A stretch of DNA of 64,000 bases from an uncultured delta proteobacterium (GTDB lineage Bacteria > Myxococcota_A > Polyangia > Polyangiales > Houyiibacteriaceae): assembly GCA_963699755.1 (NCBI GenBank), contig CAVOVB010000003.1:320001-384000 (forward strand). The letters run 5' to 3'. A program made the translations under genes and the position numbers. Within the stretch, counting starts at the first letter, position 1, and the number at the start of each line of letters is the position of its first letter. Positions 16,905-26,359 of this stretch are shown one piece after another. The notes beneath the pieces are model-generated. The model made no database searches, was not told the DNA's origin, and saw only the letters and a program-made list of their open reading frames with translations.

Positions 16905-18614
16905 GTGAGTCAGCTCCAAGACTTCCTGCAGTACCTCGACCGAGGTGACGTGACCGAAATCGTCTTCCAAAGCGGCGCGGCGGCCACTGCCAAGAAGAAG
17001 GGCAAGCCCAGGCCGGTCACCAGCGAGCCGATGAGCGCGAGGCACATCCTCAAGCTGGTGAGTGACACACCCCTGCAGCGTCTGGTGCCGAGTGAGGACG
17101 GCGCGTCCGCGCCGACACTGACTCGGATCGACGGGGTGGAGTATATCGTGACGGTAGCTCGCTCCGGAGAGATGCTGCTGCTTCGGGTGCGCCGTCCGGA
17201 TCGGAATACCGAGCTGCCCTCGGCACCGATTGGTGCCGTCTCGCCAATCCTAGCATCGATCCCGGCCTCCGCAGTCGAGCAGAAGCAGGCCGTGCGATCG
17301 TACGAGCCTCCGCCGATGCCTGCGAAGGATCGTGCAGCCGCTGCCGCGCCTGCGGCGGTCGCGGCGCCTGTACCGGGGTGGGCGTCGGTGAAGAAGCAGG
17401 CGTCGCCTCGGATTTCATATCGCCCTCAGGCGGAAGCTTCGCCGCTCGCCCAATTCGTGCGAGCGGACCTTCCGTTGAAGGCGCCGGCGGCTCTCCATGC
17501 ACTCCTGGAGCAGGCCCGTGATCGGGCTGCCAGCGATGTGCACATCATGTCGGGCGAGCCTCCGCGACTCCGTTGTGCTGGGAACCTGACCGCGGCCGGC
17601 CCGGTCCTCTCGGATGAACAGGCATGCGCCCTCGTCATGCCGCTCCTGAACGAGCGGAACGCCAAGCAGCTCGAGGAGCTCGGATACGCGGATTTCGCCT
17701 GCCAGTTGGAAGGCGTGGGCCGTTTGCGCGTCAACGTCAACAGGCAGCGAACCGGAATCAAGGGCTGCTTCCGCCTCATCATGGCCGAGCCTCCAACGCT
17801 CGACTCGCTCGGCCTCCCGCACGAGCTCCGGCAGATGCTCAACTACCATCAAGGATTGGTTGTGGTTTCCGGACCGAACGGCGCCGGAAAGACTACGACT
17901 CTTGCCGCCTTGGTCGACCTCTTCAACCGCGAACGAAGCGTCCACATCATCACGGTCGAGGATCCTGTCGAGGTGATCCATCCGATCAAGAAGGCAATCG
18001 TCAGTCAACGCGAGGTCGGAATCCATACGAAGAGCTTTCACTCTGCCTTGAAGGGTTCCCTTCGAGAGGACCCCGATGTGATCGGAATCGGCGAGCTTCG
18101 CGACCGCGAAACGGTGGAGAAAGCGCTGGAAGCAGCCGAAACGGGTCACCTCGTGTTCGCGACCATGAGCACGCCGTCGGGTGCGAGGACCATCGACCGG
18201 CTGATCGACATGTTTCCGCCCGACGACCAATCGCAGGTTCGAGCCACCTTGGCCGGTGTGCTCAAGTTCGTGGTGAGCCAGCGATTGGTGCCGCGCAAAG
18301 ATGGGAATGGAAGAGTCGTCGCGGTCGAGCTTCTGACCGGGGGCATGGCGTTGTGGACGCTCATTCGCGACGACAAGCTCTATCAGCTTCCGAGCCTGCT
18401 CCAGCGAGGTCGCGCGTTCGGAATGATTCGTATCGAGGACTCCTTGAACGAGCTCCTGTCATCGGGTGTGATTTCGCTCGAGACGGCGAAGTCGTTCGCG
18501 GATGATCCGCGAGTGATCGGCCACACGCCAAAGCAGGCCACGGCACAGCAGTCGTCGTCGGAAGGCGGCGCCAAGGGCCATAGGCGCAACCCGTTTTCGA
18601 AGAAGGGCGGATAA
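16905..18614 (+). CDS. PilT/PilU-family ATPase with extra N-terminal domain and Pro/Ala linker
   Basis: ASDVH, Walker A GPNGAGKTT, TVEDPVE, QREVG, LREDPDVI.IGELRD, AETGHL. Confidence 0.88.
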   Translation: MSQLQDFLQYLDRGDVTEIVFQSGAAATAKKKGKPRPVTSEPMSARHILKLVSDTPLQRLVPSEDGASAPTLTRIDGVEYIVTVARSGEMLLLRVRRPDRNTELPSAPIGAVSPILASIPASAVEQKQAVRSYEPPPMPAKDRAAAAAPAAVAAPVPGWASVKKQASPRISYRPQAEASPLAQFVRADLPLKAPAALHALLEQARDRAASDVHIMSGEPPRLRCAGNLTAAGPVLSDEQACALVMPLLNERNAKQLEELGYADFACQLEGVGRLRVNVNRQRTGIKGCFRLIMAEPPTLDSLGLPHELRQMLNYHQGLVVVSGPNGAGKTTTLAALVDLFNRERSVHIITVEDPVEVIHPIKKAIVSQREVGIHTKSFHSALKGSLREDPDVIGIGELRDRETVEKALEAAETGHLVFATMSTPSGARTIDRLIDMFPPDDQSQVRATLAGVLKFVVSQRLVPRKDGNGRVVAVELLTGGMALWTLIRDDKLYQLPSLLQRGRAFGMIRIEDSLNELLSSGVISLETAKSFADDPRVIGHTPKQATAQQSSSEGGAKGHRRNPFSKKGG

Positions 18615-18617
18615 ACG

Positions 18618-19694
18618 ATGCCGGCTCTCGATCGCTACTTCGATATTCTGCTCGCAAAGGGAGGGTCCGACCTTCATCTTTCAATCGGCTATCCGGCCAT
18701 GATCCGTGCCAAAGGCGAGTTGATGGCCATCGAGGACCGACCCCTCGACCACACAGGCATCGTGCGGCTCATGGACGAGATCATCGACGAGGACCGGCGA
18801 GCCTACTTCCATGCCTATCGCGACCTCGATTTCGCGTATGGCTACGAGGACAAGGCGCGATTTCGCGCCAACTACCTCTACAAAACGACCGGGCCCGGTG
18901 CAGTCTTTCGAACGATTCCAAGCGAGATACTCACGGCCGAGCAACTTGGACTGCCGCATGCTGTCATCGAGCTCTCGGAAAGGCGCTCGGGCCTGGTTCT
19001 CGTGACCGGACCAACCGGCAGCGGCAAGAGCACGACGCTTGCAGCCATGCTCGATCACATCAATCGCAACCGCGAAGGACACATCCTCACGATCGAGGAT
19101 CCGATCGAGTTCGTTCATACTCCGAAGCGGTGCCAGATCACGCATCGTGAGGTCGGCGACCATACTCCGAGCTTCGCCGATGCGATTCGCAGCGCCGGGC
19201 GAGAGAATGCCGACGTGATCCTGGTGGGCGAGCTCCGAGGCCGCGAGACGATGCAAATGGCGCTTCAGCTCGCAAGCTTTGGCATCTTGATCTTCGCCAC
19301 GGTACACACGAACTCGGCGCCGGCAACGATCGATCGCTTCGTCAACGCGTTTCCTGCGAGCCAACAGCCTCAAATCCGAGGCATGCTCGCGGATTCACTG
19401 GCGGGCATCGTTGCCCAGCAGCTTCTGCGCAAAGCCGATGGAACTGGCCGCATCGCAGCTCAGGAGGTTCTGATCGGAACGTCGGGCGTAGCAGCCGCCA
19501 TCCGCGAAGCGAAGACCTCGATGCTCCAAAGCCTCATCCAAAGCGGCGGAACCTACGGGATGCAAAGCATCGACTCGGTGCTGGAAAAACTCGTGGTGGC
19601 GGGCAAGGTCACGCCAGAAGACGCACTCGAGAAGGCCGCAGACAAGACCAGCTTCTCGCGAATTCCGCAGGTCGCAGCGGCGTTGAAGCCATAG
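18618..19694 (+). CDS. PilT/PilU-family ATPase
   Basis: GSDLH, RFRAN, GPTGSGKSTT, TIEDPIE, ILVGELR, ATVHTNSA. Confidence 0.9.
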   Translation: MPALDRYFDILLAKGGSDLHLSIGYPAMIRAKGELMAIEDRPLDHTGIVRLMDEIIDEDRRAYFHAYRDLDFAYGYEDKARFRANYLYKTTGPGAVFRTIPSEILTAEQLGLPHAVIELSERRSGLVLVTGPTGSGKSTTLAAMLDHINRNREGHILTIEDPIEFVHTPKRCQITHREVGDHTPSFADAIRSAGRENADVILVGELRGRETMQMALQLASFGILIFATVHTNSAPATIDRFVNAFPASQQPQIRGMLADSLAGIVAQQLLRKADGTGRIAAQEVLIGTSGVAAAIREAKTSMLQSLIQSGGTYGMQSIDSVLEKLVVAGKVTPEDALEKAADKTSFSRIPQVAAALKP

Positions 19695-19801
19695 CAACCC
19701 GGGCGCCTGGAAGCGCCACTTGAAAATGGTGCGAGCCGTTCTCCGATCCTGAGCTTGACATTCGCCGAGCGATGCGTCGTCCCGCACCCCGTTTGCGAAG
19801 T

Positions 19802-21640
19802 CTAGTTCACGTGGAAGGAATAGCGCGCACCCATGCGGGGCGCCCCAAAGGTCGGAAAGCGGACGCTCTTGATCTGGTTGCCCATGCAGCCTTGGAAGCC
19901 TGCACTGCCGCCGTGTACGGTTGCACCCAGAACCGAGCCATTGCCCGCAATCGCCAGGTCGACTTTGACGTTGCCCGGGGTGCCACTGCTCTTGACTTCG
20001 GGAAGGACGCAATTGCTGTAGAAGCGATTGAGGTTGCGGTTCATCACGGCGGCGACCTGACCGCCGGTTAGACGGCCCTCGCCGCCACCTTCTGATGCAT
20101 CGCCGATCTCCACAGCTTGGCTCATTGCTTCGTCGTAGCTCGAGAATCCGGTGCTGCGCTGCAGCGGAACTGCGCTCCCACCGCTCGAGCTGCGCTTGCG
20201 CGTTCGGACAGGCTGGTCCGGGAGCAAGCCGGCTTCACCTGTCGTGATCTTTCCGAGCTTGAACAGGTCGTCGAGCTCCGTCGAGGCCGCTTCGCGAGCA
20301 TCGCTCGAACGGGACAAGAGAAAGCCTCCGACCGCAATCACGACGAGGCCGATGACGGACACGGCGATCAGCCATTTCATCGCCGCGGAGCGTTTCTCCG
20401 ACTTCTGCGCATGGACACGAGCTGCTTCTTCGGCTGCGGCCGTGTCCTGATGCTCCCGTTGCAGAATGAATTCGCGGAACTGCGGCCATTCTCGGAGCGG
20501 TCGGCGCTCTCCGGTGTCGATGTTGAAGGTGACGTCGTCTCCAGCGAAGCCACCGATGTTGAGTCGCTCGATGAGCTCGCGCGCACTGAACGGACCGTGG
20601 TCCATGTTGTCTCGTGCGACCATCCATCGCTGCTTCGAATCCGAAGAGAGCTGATTGATCAGGCTCATGAGACCCCGCTTGGGAGGTGGAGGCGGCGAGA
20701 ACGACGCCTGCGGCGCGAGGGAGATCATGGGTATGTCGATATCTGTCGGCGGCGCGACCGAATTGATGATGTCGATGTCGATGCTGAGTCCGGTGTCCGG
20801 TGGCGGAGGCACCGAGTTGGCTTGCGCCACGAAAGGTAGAAGGGCGTTCCGCACCGATGCTGGGGAGTCGAACCGGTCCTCGGGTTCGGGTGCCAAGCAG
20901 TCGAGCAGGATACGATCGACCTCTGGAGGGATGTCATCGCGGACTTCCGATGGTGCCACGAAGTCAGCACCTGGACTGCGAGTGGTCAGGAGCTCGTAGA
21001 GGATGGCGCCGATGCCGAAGACGTCGCTTCTCGCAGTGGCGCGTTCTCCCCGCTTCACTTCGGGCGCAAGGCAGGCCTGGTCACTATCTTTGAAGGCGCT
21101 CGGACCGGCGGCGTCGAGGAGCACTCGGCCGACGCCGAAGTCGTGGACTTTGACGCGGCCGCCGCGTGTCACACAGACGACGCTGGGACGGAGGGTTCCG
21201 TGAGGTCCCCGTTCCTGTGCGTAGCTGAGCGCGCTGCACAGGTGCGCGATGACGTTGTAGACGCCTCGCAGCGAGATCGGCTTGCCGCCGCGCGACTGAA
21301 TGAAAACCGAGAGTGGGGTGCCTTCGATCCACTCGCCGGCGACAAAATGCTCACCCTTGGGCGTGCGGCCAACACCCAAGACACGCGCGATGTTGCGGTG
21401 CGATAGTTTCGAGGCCGCACGGCACGCTTCTCGAAACTCCGGTGCCGTCGCAGCAGGGACCAGATCGGGCTTGATCACGCGAACCAGAATCGAGCGTTTG
21501 GTCTGCTGGTCTGTTGCGGACCAGACGACGGCCTGCCGATCTTCGTCGATCTGATCGACGACCTCGAACCTTCCCCCAACCACGACGCCGGGGTGTAACC
21601 CCGGAGCCCCCGGCCTCGTCGACGCAATCCCCTCCGCCAT
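19802..21640 (-). CDS. Ser/Thr pseudokinase-GYF-like-TM-AgmX/TonB-C-like fusion protein
   Basis: Kinase fold (HRNIARV, DFG, APE, SDVFGIG) with catalytic loop HGTLRPSV; WMV..HGPFS GYF-like motif; TM; C-terminal domain with two Cys and RFP; ATG 21640. Confidence 0.72.
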   Translation of the reverse strand: MAEGIASTRPGAPGLHPGVVVGGRFEVVDQIDEDRQAVVWSATDQQTKRSILVRVIKPDLVPAATAPEFREACRAASKLSHRNIARVLGVGRTPKGEHFVAGEWIEGTPLSVFIQSRGGKPISLRGVYNVIAHLCSALSYAQERGPHGTLRPSVVCVTRGGRVKVHDFGVGRVLLDAAGPSAFKDSDQACLAPEVKRGERATARSDVFGIGAILYELLTTRSPGADFVAPSEVRDDIPPEVDRILLDCLAPEPEDRFDSPASVRNALLPFVAQANSVPPPPDTGLSIDIDIINSVAPPTDIDIPMISLAPQASFSPPPPPKRGLMSLINQLSSDSKQRWMVARDNMDHGPFSARELIERLNIGGFAGDDVTFNIDTGERRPLREWPQFREFILQREHQDTAAAEEAARVHAQKSEKRSAAMKWLIAVSVIGLVVIAVGGFLLSRSSDAREAASTELDDLFKLGKITTGEAGLLPDQPVRTRKRSSSGGSAVPLQRSTGFSSYDEAMSQAVEIGDASEGGGEGRLTGGQVAAVMNRNLNRFYSNCVLPEVKSSGTPGNVKVDLAIAGNGSVLGATVHGGSAGFQGCMGNQIKSVRFPTFGAPRMGARYSFHVN

Positions 21641-21722
21641 GTCCGAAAAACAAGATAGACGACCGAGGGACGACGTCCCAAATTTGGCGTCGAGAGACCC
21701 TGGTTCCTGGGGCCGTAGAGGC

Positions 21723-23393
21723 CTAGTCGTCCTTGGCGAGCTCCAGCTCGAGCGTCCGTTCGCCAAGCACCGCGCCGGCCATCGATTCGATGATGTCCTG
21801 GGCCCGATCCTCGGGGACATCGACCAGCGAGTGCTTGTCCCGGACCCGAATGCGCCCGATTTCTTTGCGCTTCAGGCCGGTCCGGTCGCGAAGGATGCGC
21901 CCCAGCTCGGAGGCCTTCAGCTGGTCACGCCGACCTACGTTCACACACAGGGTCGCGGTGGGCGCCTCTTGCTCGGCGGCCGGCTTCGGTTCACGGGGGC
22001 CGCCATTGGCCGCGCTGTGCTCGTCCGGATGCTGCTTGCCCCTCCTCCTGCGGCTCGCCGCGACCTTATCGACGTCTTCGCTCTCTTCGCCAAAGAACGC
22101 CCGGAGCAACCCTGCGAGCATCTGCTCCGCCTTCGCATGGGTCATGAAGCGCCGCACCAAGGCGAGATCGCGCTCGTTCGGCGGATCCGGGTAGGCCGCC
22201 TCGATCATCGCAATCCGGTCGGCTTCCTGCCGTGTTCGTTGCTCGCCCAAGCTAGGCAAGGTTCGCTCGACAGGGAAGATCCGGTACTGCAGCCGGAGAT
22301 AGTAGAGGATCCCGAGCTCGGTCGGGCCGACCAGCGTGATTGCGGTGCCCGTTCGCCCCGCGCGACCTGTCCGACCAGTGCGGTGTACGTACTGCTCGAC
22401 GTTCGACGGCAGCGAGAAGTTGATCACGTGGGTGAGGTGAGACACGTCGAGGCCGCGCGCCGCGACGTCAGTCGCGACCAAGAACCGCAGCTCCTCGCGT
22501 CGGACACGTCCAAGCACCTCCTCACGCTCCCGTTGAGGTCTGTCGCCGTTGAGCCATTCCGCGTTGAAGCCCGCGCGCTGGAGCGCTGCCGAGACTTCTT
22601 CGGTTTCTGCTTTGGTGTTGCAGAAGATGAGGGCGCTCTCCGGATCTTCGATCTCGAGGATGGTGATCAGATCTGCCACACGTCCGACGCCACTCACCAT
22701 ATAGACGAAATGCTCGATTCCGAGAGCACCCACGTGGTCGCCCGAGAGCCCCAGGAACTGCGGATCGTGCATGTGCTTTTCGGCGACCCGTTTGATCGCG
22801 CGGTCGACGGTGGCGGAAAACAGCAGGGTCTGCCGTTTCTTCGGCAGCCTTTCGATGATTGCGTGGAGCTCTTTGGCAAAGCCCATCGACAACATTTCGT
22901 CGGCCTCGTCGAGGACCAGGACCCGCAGCCGTGAAGCGTCGATGGTCCCACGCTTGAGATGATCGAGCACGCGCCCCGGCGTTCCACTGATGACGCGCGC
23001 GCCTTTTTCGAGTGCACGGATCTGCTGCTCCATCGATGCGCCGCCATAAACTGCGACCGCATCGATGCCACGACGGGCACCGAGCTTTGCGATTTCGCGT
23101 GCACTTTGGAGCGCGAGCTCCCGCGTCGGTGCGAGCACGAGGGCTTGTTCGTCGCCGTCGACGGTGATCAGTCGATCGACTAACGGGATTCCGAATGCAC
23201 CGGTCTTCCCCGTGCCTGTCCGGGATTGTACGATCACGTCGTGGCCGGCGATGGCGAGTGGGTAGGAGTCACGCTGCACGGGAGTCGGGCTGTCCCAACC
23301 CATTTCAGAGAGCGCTTCGAGCACATCCTCGTGTATGCCGAGGTCGGCGAATGTTTGGACGCCTTCCTCTTCGGGATCGGGCGACTCGGTCAT
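21723..23393 (-). CDS. DEAD-box RNA helicase with DbpA-type C-terminal RNA-binding domain (DeaD/CshA-like)
   Basis: Q motif, TGTGKT, PTRELA, TPGR, DEAD, SAT, ARGLD, HRTGRTGRAG; C-terminal NVGRRD..IGRI. Confidence 0.92.
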   Translation of the reverse strand: MTESPDPEEEGVQTFADLGIHEDVLEALSEMGWDSPTPVQRDSYPLAIAGHDVIVQSRTGTGKTGAFGIPLVDRLITVDGDEQALVLAPTRELALQSAREIAKLGARRGIDAVAVYGGASMEQQIRALEKGARVISGTPGRVLDHLKRGTIDASRLRVLVLDEADEMLSMGFAKELHAIIERLPKKRQTLLFSATVDRAIKRVAEKHMHDPQFLGLSGDHVGALGIEHFVYMVSGVGRVADLITILEIEDPESALIFCNTKAETEEVSAALQRAGFNAEWLNGDRPQREREEVLGRVRREELRFLVATDVAARGLDVSHLTHVINFSLPSNVEQYVHRTGRTGRAGRTGTAITLVGPTELGILYYLRLQYRIFPVERTLPSLGEQRTRQEADRIAMIEAAYPDPPNERDLALVRRFMTHAKAEQMLAGLLRAFFGEESEDVDKVAASRRRRGKQHPDEHSAANGGPREPKPAAEQEAPTATLCVNVGRRDQLKASELGRILRDRTGLKRKEIGRIRVRDKHSLVDVPEDRAQDIIESMAGAVLGERTLELELAKDD

Positions 23394-23845
23394 GGACTGG
23401 GCTCCGGTGTTTCGGGTGATTGGGGGTTCGAATTCGAGTCGAGCGCTTCGCTCACGCGATTGGCAAGAGGGGCGTCCTCGCGCATGTAGGTCTGCAAGCC
23501 TAGCTCGACACGATATCGGTATTGATTGAGCAAGTGTACTTCGTCTTCGTCGCAGCGCATGGCAAGCGCATTCAGCCGCCGATCCCAGGATTTGAGCGCT
23601 GTCAGGAGCCCAGTCTCATCGGTCGCGTTGCTCGCGAGGTAGGCGAGCCGGAGCTCATCGACCTCATGCCGAAGGAGCTGCAAGCCATCGGCACACTCGA
23701 GGTCGAAAGAATCGTCGCTCTCTGGCCAGAACACCTGCACGATGACGGAAGCGAAGCCTACGATGACCAGGTAGGCGAGGGCGCTCGCATAGATGCCTAT
23801 TGCCAGGCGGCGGCCAAGGCCGCCTCGTTGTTCTTTTCGCGGCAA
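23390..23845 (-). CDS. Hypothetical membrane-anchored protein
   Basis: TTG start with GAGGAG RBS; N-terminal TM; two Cys; 4-nt overlap with the helicase start. Confidence 0.6.
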   Translation of the reverse strand: MPRKEQRGGLGRRLAIGIYASALAYLVIVGFASVIVQVFWPESDDSFDLECADGLQLLRHEVDELRLAYLASNATDETGLLTALKSWDRRLNALAMRCDEDEVHLLNQYRYRVELGLQTYMREDAPLANRVSEALDSNSNPQSPETPEPSP

Positions 23846-23911
23846 AGACTCTCCTCGTCCACCAACGTTTTCTCTCGATCGGCTTGGTTGTAACGACCCG
23901 CTTGGACCAGG

Positions 23912-24052
23912 TCAAGACGGCGGTTCATAGCGGCGTTTCCGCTTCTCACGATGGGTTCCCCACATGAACAGGCCGACGCCCACCATGACGGTCAGAAGCA
24001 CCACGCCGCCGCAGAGCCCGTACCAAAGAAAGGTGGTGACCCCGGTTCCCAT
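23912..24052 (-). CDS. Unannotated 46-aa single-pass membrane peptide
   Basis: Hand translation MGTGVTTFLWYGLCGGVVLLTVMVGVGLFMWGTHREKRKRRYEPPS*; ATG 4 nt after the response regulator stop; below the ORF-track size cutoff. Confidence 0.65.
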   Translation of the reverse strand: MGTGVTTFLWYGLCGGVVLLTVMVGVGLFMWGTHREKRKRRYEPPS

Positions 24053-24056
24053 CCGA

Positions 24057-24752
24057 TCAGCAGACGAGCTTGTAACCCACGCCGTAGACGGTCAGGATGT
24101 GCACCGGGCGATCGGGTTTCGGCTCGATTTTGCGGCGGAGCTTGACGATGAAGTTGTCGACGGTGCGGTTGTTGGGTCCTGCTTCGAGGCCCCAAATCTT
24201 CTCGAGAATCTCGTCGCGCGACACGGGTTCGCCCTCGCGCTCCCAGAGGAACTTCAAGAGCTCCACTTCGTAGAACGACAAATGCATCGTGTCCGAGCCC
24301 CGGGTCAGCGTCTGTGCGCCGGTTTCGATGTTGCTGTTGCCGATTCGAATTTCGGCCTGCGAGGGTCGGACCGACCGCCCGGCACGCCTGAAGAGCGCCC
24401 GTATCCGAGCGACGAGCTCGCCGATCGCGAAAGGCTTGGTGACGTAGTCGTCGGCACCGGCTTCGAGGCCGCGGATCTTGTCCGATTCCTGACCCCGGGC
24501 GGTCAGCATGAGGATCGGCAGGATCGGGTCGGTCTTCCGGATCGTTTCGCAAACCTGGTAGCCGTTGATGTCGGGCAGCATCAGGTCGAGAATCACGCAG
24601 TCGATGTCCTCGGAAGCTGCGAGCTCGATCGCCTGTGCACCCTTCGCCGTGTGTACGACTCGATACCCCTCGAAGCGAAGGCTGTCGGAAAGCCCGAGCG
24701 CGAGAGCCGGATCATCTTCAACGAGCAGAATTCCGCGTCCGTCTTCTGACAT
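24057..24752 (-). CDS. OmpR/PhoB-family response regulator
   Basis: LLVEDD, ILDLMLP, LTAR, GADDYVTKPF; winged helix RTVDNFIVKLRRKIE..TVYGVGY. Confidence 0.93.
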   Translation of the reverse strand: MSEDGRGILLVEDDPALALGLSDSLRFEGYRVVHTAKGAQAIELAASEDIDCVILDLMLPDINGYQVCETIRKTDPILPILMLTARGQESDKIRGLEAGADDYVTKPFAIGELVARIRALFRRAGRSVRPSQAEIRIGNSNIETGAQTLTRGSDTMHLSFYEVELLKFLWEREGEPVSRDEILEKIWGLEAGPNNRTVDNFIVKLRRKIEPKPDRPVHILTVYGVGYKLVC

Positions 24753-24759
24753 CGCGTCG

Positions 24760-24788
24760 AAGATAGCCGCTGTCTGGCCGAGCGGCAA
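24760..24788 (-). promoter_or_regulatory. Putative internal sigma70-like promoter, possibly leaderless
   Basis: Minus strand TTGCCG-17 nt-TATCTT, then 7 nt to ATG 24752; no SD. Confidence 0.55.
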
Positions 24789-24799
24789 AGGAGCTTGGC

Positions 24800-26341
24800 T
24801 CAGAGCGTAGGAACCGGAATGGTGAAGCCGACGATCGCTCCACCTCCCGGAGCGTTTCTTGCCCATGCGCGGCCGCCGTGGGCCTGGGCGATGTGCTTGA
24901 CCAGCGATAGCCCGATGCCCGAGCCGCGTGTCGGGCCGCTATGAGGCCCCCGATAGAAGCGCTCGAAGACACGACGCAGCGAGTCCGCCGGGATTCCGGG
25001 TCCATGGTCACGGACGGCCACGTCGATCGAGTGACGCTTGGCGGTGAGCTTGAGCTCGACCGGGGTTTGTTCGCCGTACTTCACTGCATTGTCGAGCAGG
25101 TTGATGACGGCCAATGCGATGGCTTCCTGGTCGATGAACACCGCTGGGAGCTCGGCCTCCCTGTCCAGTTGGATTTCGACACCGTCTTGCTCGCTCCGGT
25201 AGCGGAACGCGTCGAGCGCACGGCCAACGGCCTCCCCGAGGTCGCCCTGCTTCAGTCGATAGGGCCCCTTGCCGCCTTCTAGCGCCGAAAAGTCGAGCAC
25301 GTTGTCGATCAGTGAAGTAAGTCGCTCGGACTCGCGACAGATGATGTCCAGGTATTCCACGCGACGCTGCTCGCTCGGTACGCGGCCGGAGCGAAGCATG
25401 TCCGCGAACATACGAACGACAGACAAAGGCGTCTTGAGCTCGTGCGAGACGTTGGCCATGAGCTCGCTCTTGAGTTGGTTGAGGCGGCGCTCTTTCTCGG
25501 CCGCGTAAATGAAGAAGATCGCGCTGAGCAGGATGATCGCGAACGACATCAAAGGCAGCGTCACCTCTCCACGCATGCGGGAGCGGCCCTGCGCCTGCAA
25601 GAGTGCAGCCTGACGTGGAGCGACTTGGAGACGCCAGCCATCGAGGGTCGTCGGAAAGCGGTGGTCGACCGTATAGACACCGACTTCGGAGAGGTCGGGC
25701 CCAAAGATCAGTTGGTTGCTTTCGTCGACGATGTTGTAGATCTGCGTCGATTCATCCGAGCCGAACATCGTTGGGAAGACCTCATCGACGAGGTACTTCG
25801 TGTCGTGAACGGCGACTATGTACGTCAACTGGCCAGCGGCCGTGTCGTACGCCCTGTAGGACAGGAGGTAACCTCCATCGTCGAGTTGCCGGTGGACGTG
25901 TCGAAGGACGTATGGCTCTGGGGAGTCCAGGTCGAGGGTTTCGGCGAGCTCCTGTCGGAACGTCCGGAGAAACGCTCGCCGCGCTTTCTTGTCCTCACGG
26001 CTCGCCCACTGAATGACGTTTCCCTCGAGGTCCATGAGGAGCACCGAGCGGACGCTCGGGGTCTGCGCTTCGGCTTGAGGCAGCCAAACGGAGTCTATCG
26101 TGCTCGAATCGTTCGGGTCGACTAGGCGAAACACCGTGCCATCGGCGATCGCGATGTAGCGCTCGATTCGCTCCACCCGTTCCTGGGCAACGGTCAGCAA
26201 AGACTGAGCGATCGTCTCCTCGCCGAGCTGCGTATGCTCGCGTGAAGAGCGAAATGTGTAGTAGCCCAGGATGCCGGCAGCGACGAGAATCGCCGGAACC
26301 AAGATCAGGTACCAGAGGCGAAAGCGTCCGCCCTCCATCAC
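24800..26341 (-). CDS. Membrane sensor histidine kinase
   Basis: Two TMs flanking a periplasmic domain; VSHELKTPL, NLLDNAVKY, DHGPGI, FERFYR, GSGIGL. Confidence 0.93.
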   Translation of the reverse strand: MMEGGRFRLWYLILVPAILVAAGILGYYTFRSSREHTQLGEETIAQSLLTVAQERVERIERYIAIADGTVFRLVDPNDSSTIDSVWLPQAEAQTPSVRSVLLMDLEGNVIQWASREDKKARRAFLRTFRQELAETLDLDSPEPYVLRHVHRQLDDGGYLLSYRAYDTAAGQLTYIVAVHDTKYLVDEVFPTMFGSDESTQIYNIVDESNQLIFGPDLSEVGVYTVDHRFPTTLDGWRLQVAPRQAALLQAQGRSRMRGEVTLPLMSFAIILLSAIFFIYAAEKERRLNQLKSELMANVSHELKTPLSVVRMFADMLRSGRVPSEQRRVEYLDIICRESERLTSLIDNVLDFSALEGGKGPYRLKQGDLGEAVGRALDAFRYRSEQDGVEIQLDREAELPAVFIDQEAIALAVINLLDNAVKYGEQTPVELKLTAKRHSIDVAVRDHGPGIPADSLRRVFERFYRGPHSGPTRGSGIGLSLVKHIAQAHGGRAWARNAPGGGAIVGFTIPVPTL

Positions 26342-26359
26342 TGGCGCTCGGCAACCATT

